Assembly: GCA_963825165.1 (NCBI GenBank)
Contig: CAWGRY010000006.1
Coordinates: 465,086-529,085 of the forward strand
Source: an uncultured Bacteroidales bacterium
GTDB lineage: Bacteria; Bacteroidota; Bacteroidia; Bacteroidales; VadinHA17
DNA: 64,000 bases
Reading direction: 5' to 3'
Shown: in pieces, positions 51,724 to 61,830 of the stretch
How the letters are laid out: every line of letters begins with the position of its first letter
How positions within the stretch are numbered: the first letter of the stretch is position 1
Program-made: the position numbers and the translations under genes
The notes under the pieces: model-generated
What the model was told of the DNA's origin: nothing
What the model saw: only the letters and a program-made list of their open reading frames with translations
Database searches by the model: none

Positions 51724-53247
51724 ATGAGTGACATAAAAATAAAGAGCGCCTTTGTTTCGGTTTTTTACAAAGACGGTCTCGAGGCTATCGTGAAAAAGCT
51801 CGACAGCCTTGGCGTTTCTATCGTTTCCACCGGGGGATCGTATGAGTTCATAACCAGGGCAGGAGTCAATGCCGGCAGGGTTGAGGATATAACCACATAT
51901 CCGTCGATACTTGGCGGAAGGGTTAAGACACTCCATCCCGGAATATTCGGAGGTATCCTGGCACGCCGCAATAATGTGACTGACATGAAGCAGGTGTCTG
52001 AGTATAACATCCATCTTTTCGACCTGGTCATCGTAGACCTTTACCCTTTCGAAGAGACGGTAGCCTCAGGTGCCTCTGACCAGGAGATAATAGAAAAGAT
52101 TGATATAGGCGGTATCTCACTGATCAGAGCCGGGGCAAAAAATTATGCAGATGTGCTCATCATCTCTTCCAGGAAGCAGTATGATTCCCTGCTGCAAATC
52201 CTCGACCGCGGTGAAGGAGTAATATCAGAAGAGGAACGTTACAGGTTTGCTCTCGAGGCATTTAACCTGACATCTCATTATGACACTGCCATCTTCAGCT
52301 GGTTTAACCGGAGGAATGATATCAGTGCATTTAAGCAAAGCATACTTACCGGACATCAGCTGAGGTATGGTGAAAACCCGCACCAGAAAGGTATCTTTTA
52401 CGGTGATCCCGGACTCATCTTCGAACAGCTGCATGGCAAGGAGATATCATATAATAACCTGCTTGATATTGAGGCTGCCATAACCCTGATTGACGAGTTC
52501 GAAGAGATCACGTGTGCCATCATGAAGCATAACAATGCATGCGGCGTCGCATCGCGTCCGGATTTAAAGACAGCCTGGGAATCCGCCCTGGCATGTGACC
52601 CTGTCTCGGCATACGGCGGGGTGGCTATCACCAACAGGATTATTGATGAGACTGTCGCTGCCGAGATGGACAAGATCTTTCTGGAGGTAGTGATGGCACC
52701 TTCATTCACCCCCGGGGCAATTGAAATACTTAAACAGAAGAAGAACAGGATAATCCTGCACCGCAAATCAAAACATGCCGACAGTGCATCGTTCAGATCA
52801 ATGCTCGGAGGTGTGCTCTGGCAGGAGCGCGACAGGGTAAATGAATCTGCCGCGGACATGAAACCTGTCACTGAGAGACATCCGACTGACGAAGAATATA
52901 AAGACCTGGTTTTTGCCAACAGGATTGTCAGGCAGAGCCGGTCGAATGCCATCGTACTGGCAAAAGGCGGCCAGCTCTGCGCCAGCGGCATAGGGCAGAC
53001 ATCAAGGATTGATGCACTGCGCCAGGCCATAGACAAAGCCCGAGCCTTCGGTCTTCCTCTTGAAGGAGCGGTGATGGCCTCTGATGCATTTTTTCCCTTC
53101 GCCGACTCAGTTTCCACAGCTCATGAAGCAGGTATCACTGCCGTTGTTCAGCCGGGCGGATCAGTACGGGATCAGGAATTTATTGATTACTGCAATAAAA
53201 ACAATGTTTCAATGGTTTTTACAGGTATAAGACATTTTAAACACTAA
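51724..53247 (+). CDS. purH: bifunctional AICAR transformylase/IMP cyclohydrolase
   Basis: GGRVKTLHP, IDIGG, LRYGENPHQ, KHNNACG, SDAFFPF, QPGGS, RHFKH. Confidence 0.97.
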   Translation: MSDIKIKSAFVSVFYKDGLEAIVKKLDSLGVSIVSTGGSYEFITRAGVNAGRVEDITTYPSILGGRVKTLHPGIFGGILARRNNVTDMKQVSEYNIHLFDLVIVDLYPFEETVASGASDQEIIEKIDIGGISLIRAGAKNYADVLIISSRKQYDSLLQILDRGEGVISEEERYRFALEAFNLTSHYDTAIFSWFNRRNDISAFKQSILTGHQLRYGENPHQKGIFYGDPGLIFEQLHGKEISYNNLLDIEAAITLIDEFEEITCAIMKHNNACGVASRPDLKTAWESALACDPVSAYGGVAITNRIIDETVAAEMDKIFLEVVMAPSFTPGAIEILKQKKNRIILHRKSKHADSASFRSMLGGVLWQERDRVNESAADMKPVTERHPTDEEYKDLVFANRIVRQSRSNAIVLAKGGQLCASGIGQTSRIDALRQAIDKARAFGLPLEGAVMASDAFFPFADSVSTAHEAGITAVVQPGGSVRDQEFIDYCNKNNVSMVFTGIRHFKH

Positions 53248-53277
53248 TCGTATAAACAGAATATTCAAAAAAGATCC

Positions 53278-54300
53278 ATGGGCTTATTTTCATTTCTTTC
53301 ACAGGAGGTTGCAATAGACCTTGGCACAGCCAATACTAATATTATTGCCAATGACAAGCTGGTTGTTGACGAGCCGTCGATAGTGGCTATCGACAGGAAT
53401 ACGGGGAAACTGATCGCCATAGGCGAAAAAGCCCGCCAGATGCACGGCAGAACCCATGAGAACATACGTGTCATCAGGCCACTCAGGGATGGCGTAATTG
53501 CAGACTTCAATGCTGCTGAGCTGATGATAAGGGGTATGATCAAGATGATAAATACGGGCCCTAAATTTTTCTCGCCCTCACTCAAGATGGTGGTGGGCAT
53601 TCCGTGCGGCAGTACTGAGGTTGAGATAAGGGCGGTACGTGACTCGTCGGAGCATGCAGGCGGAAGAGATGTCTATCTTATTTATGAACCCATGGCCGCC
53701 GCTATCGGTATTGGTCTGGATGTTGAGGCACCTGAAGGATGCATGGTAGTGGATATCGGAGGAGGAACAACTGAGATCGCCGTCATCGCCCTCGGAGGTA
53801 TTGTCTGCAACAGGTCGATACGTGTCGCCGGCGACGGCTTCACCTCTGATATCCAGGCATATATGAGACATCAGCATAATATCAAGATAGGTGAAAAAAC
53901 GGCTGAGGATATTAAGATAGCCGTCGGCGCTGCGCTGCCTGACATAGATAACCCGCCTGCTGATTTTGTGGTACGCGGACCTAATCTTATGACTTCACTG
54001 CCCATCGAGATACCGGTATCATACCAGGAGATTGCCTATTGCCTTGACAAGTCACTGACAAAAATAGAGGCCTCGGTGCTACAGGTCCTTGAGCAGACTC
54101 CTCCTGAACTGTATGCTGATATAGTAAACAGGGGAGTGTTCCTTGCCGGCGGCGGGGCTCTGCTGAGAGGCCTCGACAAACGCCTGACAGATAAGATAAA
54201 CATTCCGTTCAGGGTTTCCGAAGATCCGCTTCACGCTGTTGTCAGAGGCACAGGTGTAGCACTTAAGAATGTTGAAAAGTATCCATTCCTGATGAGATAA
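53278..54300 (+). CDS. mreB: rod shape-determining protein MreB
   Basis: IDLGTAN, EPMAAAIG, DIGGGTTE, GGGALL. Confidence 0.97.
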   Translation: MGLFSFLSQEVAIDLGTANTNIIANDKLVVDEPSIVAIDRNTGKLIAIGEKARQMHGRTHENIRVIRPLRDGVIADFNAAELMIRGMIKMINTGPKFFSPSLKMVVGIPCGSTEVEIRAVRDSSEHAGGRDVYLIYEPMAAAIGIGLDVEAPEGCMVVDIGGGTTEIAVIALGGIVCNRSIRVAGDGFTSDIQAYMRHQHNIKIGEKTAEDIKIAVGAALPDIDNPPADFVVRGPNLMTSLPIEIPVSYQEIAYCLDKSLTKIEASVLQVLEQTPPELYADIVNRGVFLAGGGALLRGLDKRLTDKINIPFRVSEDPLHAVVRGTGVALKNVEKYPFLMR

Positions 54301-54312
54301 GCGATTGCATGA

Positions 54313-55140
54313 ATGAGAAGCCTGCTGAACTTCCTGCTCAGGTATAAAAACCTGATTATATTCTTCATACTGGAAGCAGTGGCTCTGGTCATGATTTCAT
54401 CGTCACATAATTACCACCAGTCGGTTGCATTCCGTGCAGCCCGGAGTGTTACAGGTTCGGTGGCCAGGAGGATAGAAAAGGCCCATTCATATTTCAATCT
54501 CCGGCAGGTTAATGACGAGCTTGTCGCAGAGAACCTGATGCTCAGGCGCCGTATCGGGGACCTGGCAGCAGTGCCGCAGACAGGCTTTACTTCAATAAAT
54601 GACACCCTGTCTGGAATTCGATACAACTACCTGAATGCAAGGGTGATAAATAATTCGGTCAACAAGCAAAAGAATTTCATTACTCTTGATAAGGGTACCC
54701 GTAATGGCGTCACAATGGGTATGGGCGTAGCCTCATCCACGGGAGTGGTTGGGGTGGTTGTGGGAGTATCACGCAATTACTCGGTCGCCATGTCACTGCT
54801 TAACACCGGCTTCAAGGTCAGTGCCAGCATTAAACGAAATGATTATTTTGGTTCACTTGCCTGGGACGGCAGAAACCACCGGTATGCACAGTTGTCGGAA
54901 ATACCTCATCATGTGGCTGTCACAGAGGGAGATACAATTGTGACAAGCGGCTATTCGGCAATATATCCCCAGGGACTTATGATAGGCACTCTTACCGGCG
55001 ATCAGAAAAGGGGTGGCGACTTTGTGACCCTGAAGGTCCTGCTCTCGGCTGATTTCAAGAAACTGACCGATGTGTATCTCATAGGTAACCTCACCAGGAA
55101 TGAGCGGGAAGCTCTTGAAAAGGAGGTTACAAATGAATAG
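54313..55140 (+). CDS. mreC: rod shape-determining protein MreC
   Basis: TM plus coiled coil, LDKG..GV..GMGV, GD.IVTSG..IYP.G; operon order. Confidence 0.93.
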   Translation: MRSLLNFLLRYKNLIIFFILEAVALVMISSSHNYHQSVAFRAARSVTGSVARRIEKAHSYFNLRQVNDELVAENLMLRRRIGDLAAVPQTGFTSINDTLSGIRYNYLNARVINNSVNKQKNFITLDKGTRNGVTMGMGVASSTGVVGVVVGVSRNYSVAMSLLNTGFKVSASIKRNDYFGSLAWDGRNHRYAQLSEIPHHVAVTEGDTIVTSGYSAIYPQGLMIGTLTGDQKRGGDFVTLKVLLSADFKKLTDVYLIGNLTRNEREALEKEVTNE

Positions 55141-55636
55141 GTGGTTCCCGTATATAATTTCATTTGTAGTTCTCATCGTACTGCAGTTGCTGATATTCAA
55201 CAATATACAGTTCAGCGGTTTCGTAAACCCGTATGTATATGTGATGTTCATCCTCATCCTGCCGATGGCTATTCCCACATGGATACTTCTCCTCCTCTCT
55301 TTTTTGACAGGAATGGTAATTGACATTTTTGCCGGTACAATGGGAGTGCATGCATTTGCAACTGTCATGGCAGGTTTCGTGCGGCCATGGGTACTGTCAC
55401 TCAACATCACTTCAGAGGCCTCCGAACCGGAGACCTCACCCTCCTCGCAAAACAGCGGCCTGCGCTGGTTCTTTATTTACACCGTGACCGTGGTATTTAT
55501 ACATCATTTCACTCTCTTTTTTGTGGAGGTCTTCAGCTTCACGAATTTCTTTCATACCATACTGCGGGTGTTACTCAGCACAATGGTAACGACATTTTTT
55601 ATTATTCTTTTCGATATCATCAGACCACGAAGATGA
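55133..55636 (+). CDS. mreD: rod shape-determining protein MreD
   Basis: Hydrophobic, G..IDIF..G.HA; between mreC and mrdA; ATG at 55133. Confidence 0.88.
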   Translation: MNRWFPYIISFVVLIVLQLLIFNNIQFSGFVNPYVYVMFILILPMAIPTWILLLLSFLTGMVIDIFAGTMGVHAFATVMAGFVRPWVLSLNITSEASEPETSPSSQNSGLRWFFIYTVTVVFIHHFTLFFVEVFSFTNFFHTILRVLLSTMVTTFFIILFDIIRPRR

Positions 55637-55646
55637 CCGGGCAGTC

Positions 55647-57479
55647 ATGAAAGACCGTTATGCAAACAGGAAGTATATCCTGATGGCCCTGGTCGTGGTT
55701 GCGGCTGCTATTCTGATCATCAGGCTCTTTTATATTCAGATCGTTGACAAGACTTACCGTGTCTCTGCAGCAAATAATGCACTCCGTTCTATTACGCAGT
55801 ATCCTGCCCGCGGACTCATTTATGACCGTAACGGAGAACTGATTGTATATAATCAGGCCGCTTATGACCTTCTTGTTATACCAATTCAGACAAGTGCATT
55901 TGATACAGCAAGGTTCAACAGTATACTTGGAATAACTATTGAAGATTTCAGGGGCAGGATGAAGGCGGCAGTGAAGTACTCACGACGTGCTCCGTCGGTG
56001 TTCATGAAGATGATCTCGTCAGAGACCTACGGTACTCTCCAGGAAGAGCTCTATAAATTTCCGGGGTTCTATGTGCAGGCCAGGACACTGAGAAAATATA
56101 CCGCTCCGGTGGGGGCGCACCTTCTGGGTTATGTCGGTGAAGTTGACGACAAGCTGATTGCCAGGAACAAGTATTACAGGTCAGGCGATTATATAGGCAC
56201 CAGCGGGATTGAAAAGACATATGAGGAACAACTGAGGGGAAGGAAGGGGGTTAATATACTTCTTGTTGATGTCCATAATAACGTCAAGGGTTCGTATGCC
56301 GCCGGCAGGTTTGATACCACTGCAATACCGGGTACCAATCTCTGGTCCACTATTGATCTGGAGCTGCAGGAATACGGCGAGAAACTTATGGTAAACAAGA
56401 CCGGATCAATTGTAGCTATCGAGCCTTCCACAGGCGAGATACTTGCCCTGGTATCGTCACCTTCCTATGATCCTGCACTGCTTGTAGGAAGGATCAGATC
56501 TGACAATTTCGCACGGCTGCAGGCTGACACTGTCAAACCTCTCTTTGACAGGGCGCTGATGGCATCATATCCGCCGGGCTCGACCTTTAAGATCATGAAT
56601 GGCCTTATCGGGTTGCAGGAGGGTGTAATAGCTTCCTCGACACTGTTCGGGTGCAGCAACGGATACCACGCCGGACCGATCACGGTGGGATGTCATACAC
56701 ACAGCTCGCCTAATGATCTTCCCCATGCAGTCAGTATGTCATGCAATGCATGGTTCTGCAATGCCTTCAGGCGCACACTCGAAAATCCGAAATATGCATC
56801 CGTCGGAGAATCGTTTGATCACTGGAGAGATTACCTTGTCGCCTGTGGCTTTGGCAACAAGCTCGGCATTGATCTTCCCAATGAACTCTCAGGGTTTATC
56901 CCGGCACGTTCTTACTATGACAGGTATTACGGTAAAGACAGATGGAAAGCGCTGACAGTCATTTCGCTGGCAATAGGGCAGGGGGAGATTGGCGCTACCC
57001 CGCTGCAGATGGCCAATATGGCTGCCGTCATTGCCAACAGAGGATCATTTTATATACCTCACGTGATAAAAAAAATAGGAAATGACGGGGCGCCGGCCTC
57101 GCTCTACACACAGAAATATATTACCGGCATCTCTCCGGAGAATTTCGAACCAATAGTTGAGGGTATGGAAGGTGCTGTAAACGGAGGTCCCGGGTCCACA
57201 GCACGGGGTGCAAAGCTCGACAGCATAATTATCTGCGGAAAAACCGGTACTGCACAGAACCCCCATGGCAAGGACCACTCAATATTCGTCGCCTTTGCTC
57301 CTAAAGATAATCCTCAGATTGCCATTGCCGTTTACGTCGAGAACGCTGGTTTCGGCTCCACCTTTGCCGCCCCTATTGCCAGCCTGCTGATTGAAAAGTA
57401 CCTGACCGACAATATAAAGAGGAAATATCTTGAGGACTATGTACTTAAACTTGTAATCAGGCCCGATGCAAAAGAATAG
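55647..57479 (+). CDS. mrdA: penicillin-binding protein 2
   Basis: PARGLIYDRNG, STFK, SCN, KTGTAQ. Confidence 0.95.
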   Translation: MKDRYANRKYILMALVVVAAAILIIRLFYIQIVDKTYRVSAANNALRSITQYPARGLIYDRNGELIVYNQAAYDLLVIPIQTSAFDTARFNSILGITIEDFRGRMKAAVKYSRRAPSVFMKMISSETYGTLQEELYKFPGFYVQARTLRKYTAPVGAHLLGYVGEVDDKLIARNKYYRSGDYIGTSGIEKTYEEQLRGRKGVNILLVDVHNNVKGSYAAGRFDTTAIPGTNLWSTIDLELQEYGEKLMVNKTGSIVAIEPSTGEILALVSSPSYDPALLVGRIRSDNFARLQADTVKPLFDRALMASYPPGSTFKIMNGLIGLQEGVIASSTLFGCSNGYHAGPITVGCHTHSSPNDLPHAVSMSCNAWFCNAFRRTLENPKYASVGESFDHWRDYLVACGFGNKLGIDLPNELSGFIPARSYYDRYYGKDRWKALTVISLAIGQGEIGATPLQMANMAAVIANRGSFYIPHVIKKIGNDGAPASLYTQKYITGISPENFEPIVEGMEGAVNGGPGSTARGAKLDSIIICGKTGTAQNPHGKDHSIFVAFAPKDNPQIAIAVYVENAGFGSTFAAPIASLLIEKYLTDNIKRKYLEDYVLKLVIRPDAKE

Positions 57480-58881
57480 CAATATACTGAGCAGGCTCGA
57501 CTGGGTTACGGTTATGCTGTGGGCCGTGATGATGATCATGGGGTGGCTGAATATTTATGCCGCGGTTTACAATGAGAATCATACAAGCATATTCGACCTG
57601 TCACAGCGTTACGGCAAACAGCTTCTCTGGATCATTGCTGCTGTGGTTCTTGCAGTTTTTGTAATTGTAACCGACAACAAACTGTATTTCTTTTTTGCCT
57701 GGTTCATCTATGGGTTTTCTATTCTTCTCCTTCTTCTTGTTCTGGTTGTGGGCAAAGAGATAAACGGCGCCAGAGCCTGGTTTGAGATAGGAGCTTTCCG
57801 TATCCAGCCTTCAGAGTTTGCCAAGTTTGCTACGGGACTTGCCCTTGCATCATTTCTCAATGCACGAAGGCAAGCCAGCGGATTCAGGGTCATGGCTATG
57901 GCGACAGCCATCATAATGGGCCCTGTCGTACTTATCGCCCTCCAGCCTGACATGGGGTCCGTAGTCACATATTTTGCCTTCTTCATTGTTCTCTTCCGTG
58001 AAGGAATGAGCCTTTACGTTTTTGTTTCGGCTGTTCTGGCTGTGGTATTGTTTATTCTGACCCTCATCTTCGGAAATGTCGCGGTGGCACTCGGAATTAT
58101 TGTGGTGTCATTCATAATACTTTTAGTTATTTCAGGATTCCCGACTGCGCTGAAAGCGATAATGGTGATGGCTGTCACAGGTGGTGTTTCATTCCTGCTT
58201 GGTCACTATCTCCTTGACGTCGGAACGGATATTGTTATTCTTATGGCGGTGGTAATGGCAGGAGCTGTCTACGGGTGGTATACCTACCGGCATAAACTGA
58301 AAAATCCTGCCATCATTTATACCTTCCTCCTTTGCGGAATGCTATATCTTTTTACGGTAGACTATGCTTTCCATGAAATACTCAAACCACATCAGCAGGA
58401 CCGAATAAATATTATGATGGGATTGGATTCTGACCCTTACGGGGAAGGTTATAACCTTAACCAGTCTTTGATTTCCATCGGGTCAGGAGGTTTTACAGGC
58501 AAGGGTTACCTGAACGGCACGCAGACCAAGTTCAAATTTGTGCCGGAGCAAAGTACTGATTTCATCTTCTGTACCGTGGGAGAAGAATGGGGCTTCCTGG
58601 GATCAGCCATTGTCATCGGATTGTTTGTCTGGCTATTGCTGAGGCTGCTGATACTGGCTGAGAGACAGAGGACACCTTTTATCCGGGCTTACGGATACAG
58701 CGTTTTTGCACTGTTCCTGGTCCACTTTTTCATTAACATCGGAATGACGATAGGCGTCATGCCCGTAATAGGCATCCCGCTTCCTTTCTTTAGCTACGGT
58801 GGAAGCTCCTTATGGGGATTTACCCTTCTCCTGTTCGTCTTTATAAGGCTTGATGCAGGCAGAACTGAATACCTCGGATGA
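57466..58881 (+). CDS. rodA: SEDS peptidoglycan polymerase RodA
   Basis: QPSEFAK, QPDMG, PEQSTDFIF, GIPLPFFSYGGSS. Confidence 0.95.
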   Translation: MQKNSNILSRLDWVTVMLWAVMMIMGWLNIYAAVYNENHTSIFDLSQRYGKQLLWIIAAVVLAVFVIVTDNKLYFFFAWFIYGFSILLLLLVLVVGKEINGARAWFEIGAFRIQPSEFAKFATGLALASFLNARRQASGFRVMAMATAIIMGPVVLIALQPDMGSVVTYFAFFIVLFREGMSLYVFVSAVLAVVLFILTLIFGNVAVALGIIVVSFIILLVISGFPTALKAIMVMAVTGGVSFLLGHYLLDVGTDIVILMAVVMAGAVYGWYTYRHKLKNPAIIYTFLLCGMLYLFTVDYAFHEILKPHQQDRINIMMGLDSDPYGEGYNLNQSLISIGSGGFTGKGYLNGTQTKFKFVPEQSTDFIFCTVGEEWGFLGSAIVIGLFVWLLLRLLILAERQRTPFIRAYGYSVFALFLVHFFINIGMTIGVMPVIGIPLPFFSYGGSSLWGFTLLLFVFIRLDAGRTEYLG

Positions 58882-59493
58882 TCAGAACGGCATACTGATA
58901 CCGGGGGACAATACTATCCCGAACTCCGTTTCGACATAGTTTATAAGCTGGGGAAAGAACTCCATAAAGTCCTCTTCAATCGGATAGTATTGTTTCTTCC
59001 AGACCTTCATTGCCCATCTAGTCTCTTTGGGCAATGAAGTCACAGAACTAAGTGTTTTAAGAACCCTCCTGATGCCCGACCTGGTCTGGTAGGTCTCAAG
59101 CCAGTTGTCAATTATAAAAAACGGCATTTTCTCGCGGACATTTTCGGGCAATATCTCGAAGTTATTTACCATGGCCCTGTAGAAGTTGTATGTCACACTC
59201 TCAAGGGGCCGCCTTGAATAAAGATCCCACTCCCTGGTGAGATAATGATCATAAATGATGTCAACGATCACACCTGCATATTTCCGGTACTTGCCGGTGA
59301 AGTGGAGCTTGCTGCGGTGTACAACAGGATGCCTGTCAGTGAAGTCGTCGATGTGACGGTGAAGGATGATGCCCTTACGGATGCTTTCAGGATATTTCAG
59401 ATAATCACGTCCTTTAACAAAGTCGCCGATATAGTTCCCAATAATTATATTATCCGAGTCACCTGAGAGGTATATATGGGCAAGGACATTCAT
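58882..59493 (-). CDS. acpH: ACP phosphodiesterase (AcpH/DUF479 family)
   Basis: MN.LAH.YLS, GN..GDFVKG, LHR.ID.FTD.HP, DIIYDHYL. Confidence 0.88.
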   Translation of the reverse strand: MNVLAHIYLSGDSDNIIIGNYIGDFVKGRDYLKYPESIRKGIILHRHIDDFTDRHPVVHRSKLHFTGKYRKYAGVIVDIIYDHYLTREWDLYSRRPLESVTYNFYRAMVNNFEILPENVREKMPFFIIDNWLETYQTRSGIRRVLKTLSSVTSLPKETRWAMKVWKKQYYPIEEDFMEFFPQLINYVETEFGIVLSPGISMPF

Positions 59494-59666
59494 CCTGAAA
59501 AGTTACAATAAAGATTCTGTCAATAAACTGAGGTTTAAAATATTAAGAGGAATTTAATCAACAAAACCCCTTACATTTATTAACTTACATATTATCAAAA
59601 TATTATGCGAAATATACAGAAAGAATTATACTGATTTATATCACATCTAAATTCAGTTACAAATTA

Positions 59667-59674
59667 TAAATTTG
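59667..59674 (+). promoter_or_regulatory. -7 promoter element for the 59742 gene
   Basis: TAAATTTG in AT-rich intergenic DNA; AGGAGG before the ATG. Confidence 0.55.
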
Positions 59675-59741
59675 CCGAATACTGATACCCTCATTGACTG
59701 ACAATATTTAAAAATTAACAATAATTTAACCAGGAGGTTTT

Positions 59742-61079
59742 ATGTTAAAAAGGAATGTGATCATTATTGGAGCTGCAGGCAGGGATTTCCACAACTTCAA
59801 TACTTATTTCCGTGATAATGAGCTTTACAGTGTTGTAGCTTTCACGGCTGCCCAGATACCTGATATCGATGGCAGAAAATATCCTGCCGAGCTGGCAGGA
59901 AAGCTTTATCCTTCAGGCATCCCGATCTATTCCGAGAATGATCTGCCGAAGCTGATCAAAGATCTGAAGGTTGTTGATTGTGTCTTCGCATACAGCGATG
60001 TCCCATACCAGAGGGTGATGGAGGTGAGTGCTGTTGTCAACGCCGCAGGAGCCAATTTCATTCTTCTCGGATGGAGAGAGACCATGGTGAAAAGCATCAA
60101 GCCGGTCATTGCTGTCGGAGCTATCCGCACAGGATGCGGCAAGAGCCAGACATCGAGAAGGGTCATTGAACTGCTGATGAAAAAGGGTCTCAAGGTCGTG
60201 GCAGTACGCCACCCTATGCCTTACGGCAACCTGGTCGAACAGAAGGTCCAGCGTTTTGCGGTTCTCTCTGATCTTGAGAAGCACAAATGCACCGTCGAGG
60301 AGATGGAAGAATATGAACCCCACGTAATACGCGGTAATGTCATTTATGCCGGGGTCGATTATGAAGCTATCCTGAGGGCTGCCGAGAATGATCCGGCAGG
60401 TTGTGATGTGGTACTGTGGGATGGCGGGAACAACGACTTCCCGTTCTACAACCCTGACCTGATGATCACAGTGACTGATCCGCACCGGGCAGGACACGAG
60501 CTGAGGTATTATCCGGGCGAGGTAACCCTGCGTCTCGCTGACGTGGTTGTGATCAACAAGATGGACAGTGCAGCTCCAGAAGACATACAGACCGTCCGCG
60601 AGAGTATTGAAAAAGTTGCTCCGGGAGCTATCGTCATCGACGGAGCCTCGCCTATAAAAGTAGATGATCCGTCAGTAATAAAGGGCAAACGGGTGCTGGT
60701 TGTCGAGGATGGCCCCACACTCACACACGGCGAGATGAAGATTGGTGCCGGAGTGGTCGCTGCACGGAAATTTGGCGCTGCCGAGCTGGTTGACCCGAGA
60801 CCTTTCACTGTAGGCAGGCTCACAGAGACCTTCGAGAAATATCCCAATATCGGTACTCTTCTGCCGGCAATGGGTTATGGCGATCAGCAGCTGAAAGACC
60901 TTGAGACAACGATAAACAATACCGACTGTGATTCAGTGGTCATAGGTACACCGATCGATCTTAACCGTATAATCAAGATAAAGAAACCGAACACCAGGGT
61001 ATGGTATGACCTCCAGGAGATCGGCAATCCCAACCTTGAAGAGGTGATAGACGATTTCGTGAAAAAATTTAATCTCTGA
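59742..61079 (+). CDS. arcE: cyclic-2,3-diphosphoglycerate-synthetase-like P-loop protein, probable arginine synthetase (ArcE family)
   Basis: GAAGRDFHNFN, FTA.QIPDI.GR.YP.ELAG, RTGCGKSQTSR, RHPMPYG, WDGGNNDFPF, EDGPTLTHG, LPAMGY. Confidence 0.7.
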   Translation: MLKRNVIIIGAAGRDFHNFNTYFRDNELYSVVAFTAAQIPDIDGRKYPAELAGKLYPSGIPIYSENDLPKLIKDLKVVDCVFAYSDVPYQRVMEVSAVVNAAGANFILLGWRETMVKSIKPVIAVGAIRTGCGKSQTSRRVIELLMKKGLKVVAVRHPMPYGNLVEQKVQRFAVLSDLEKHKCTVEEMEEYEPHVIRGNVIYAGVDYEAILRAAENDPAGCDVVLWDGGNNDFPFYNPDLMITVTDPHRAGHELRYYPGEVTLRLADVVVINKMDSAAPEDIQTVRESIEKVAPGAIVIDGASPIKVDDPSVIKGKRVLVVEDGPTLTHGEMKIGAGVVAARKFGAAELVDPRPFTVGRLTETFEKYPNIGTLLPAMGYGDQQLKDLETTINNTDCDSVVIGTPIDLNRIIKIKKPNTRVWYDLQEIGNPNLEEVIDDFVKKFNL

Positions 61080-61087
61080 TTAAGATG

Positions 61088-61114
61088 ATCCCCTCAGCCG
61101 AGGGGATTTTTTTT
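61088..61114 (+). terminator. intrinsic terminator
   Basis: ATCCCCTC-AGCC-GAGGGGAT followed by T-run. Confidence 0.85.
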
Positions 61115-61125
61115 AGACTTTCAGA

Positions 61126-61746
61126 CTACATGGGCTTGAAGAGACCATCCATATCTGCACCTGCAAAACCTGCATCATAGAGATATTTCGGTACCTTGTT
61201 AAGAGACCTGATCTGCTTTCTGGTCAGAAGGGGGTAGTGTCTTACCTTATATGTATAATCTCCGATAAACTCCAGGTCCTCCCCGGTCGTTTCCCAGTTA
61301 CGGTCGTCAAACCGCGACAGATCCATCGGTCTTGAATAGCTCCTGAGAGTCTTCTGTGAATTGAGGTTATAATACACTTCGAAATATGACATCGTAAGCT
61401 CACGCAATGATCTGTATACCGGTTCGCGGAAGCGCAATACGGTGGTGTTTGATTTGGCTATGGCGCCCCAGCAGTTTCCTTCACGGAAGACGGCAATGAT
61501 ATGGTCATCATCGTTCTCTGCTGTCAGGTCGACGATCAGAGGGGGGTATCCCAGCCGTCGCAGTGCTGATGCAGCAAACATCCCGCCGTCCATGCAGTGC
61601 GCCATACGTTCTCTCAGCACAAGCAAAGGTGAAAGGGTGCGTTTGGTTGTGTTGTATGGAATAATATCCAGGTAATCCTGGATCTTAATCGGAGAACTCA
61701 ACGGCTTCATCAACCGGCCAAGTTCCTTCAACAATTTGTTATCCAT
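61126..61746 (-). CDS. conserved hypothetical protein, transglutaminase/vasohibin-like fold
   Basis: AHCMDGG, DDHIIAVF, WGAIAKSN..LRFREPVYRSLREL. Confidence 0.7.
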   Translation of the reverse strand: MDNKLLKELGRLMKPLSSPIKIQDYLDIIPYNTTKRTLSPLLVLRERMAHCMDGGMFAASALRRLGYPPLIVDLTAENDDDHIIAVFREGNCWGAIAKSNTTVLRFREPVYRSLRELTMSYFEVYYNLNSQKTLRSYSRPMDLSRFDDRNWETTGEDLEFIGDYTYKVRHYPLLTRKQIRSLNKVPKYLYDAGFAGADMDGLFKPM

Positions 61747-61792
61747 TTCTCACTTTTACTCATTGCCCTCACTGCAAACTGGCTGCTTCGCT

Positions 61793-61815
61793 GAAATGAT
61801 CCACCGGGTCATTTC
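61793..61815. repeat. intergenic palindrome downstream of lysS
   Basis: GAAATGATCC-ACC-GGGTCATTTC. Confidence 0.55.
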
Positions 61816-61830
61816 TTAACGCTCGCACCT

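Noticed and set aside
59605-59650. ARG box upstream of the ArcE-like gene
   Set aside because: TGCGAAATATACA is one base short of the box spacing and has no clear tandem partner.
3912-60497. Long antisense ORFs (e.g. 3912-4607, 7330-8106, 12730-13362, 52398-53117, 59913-60497)
   Set aside because: Shadow frames of well-supported genes on the opposite strand.
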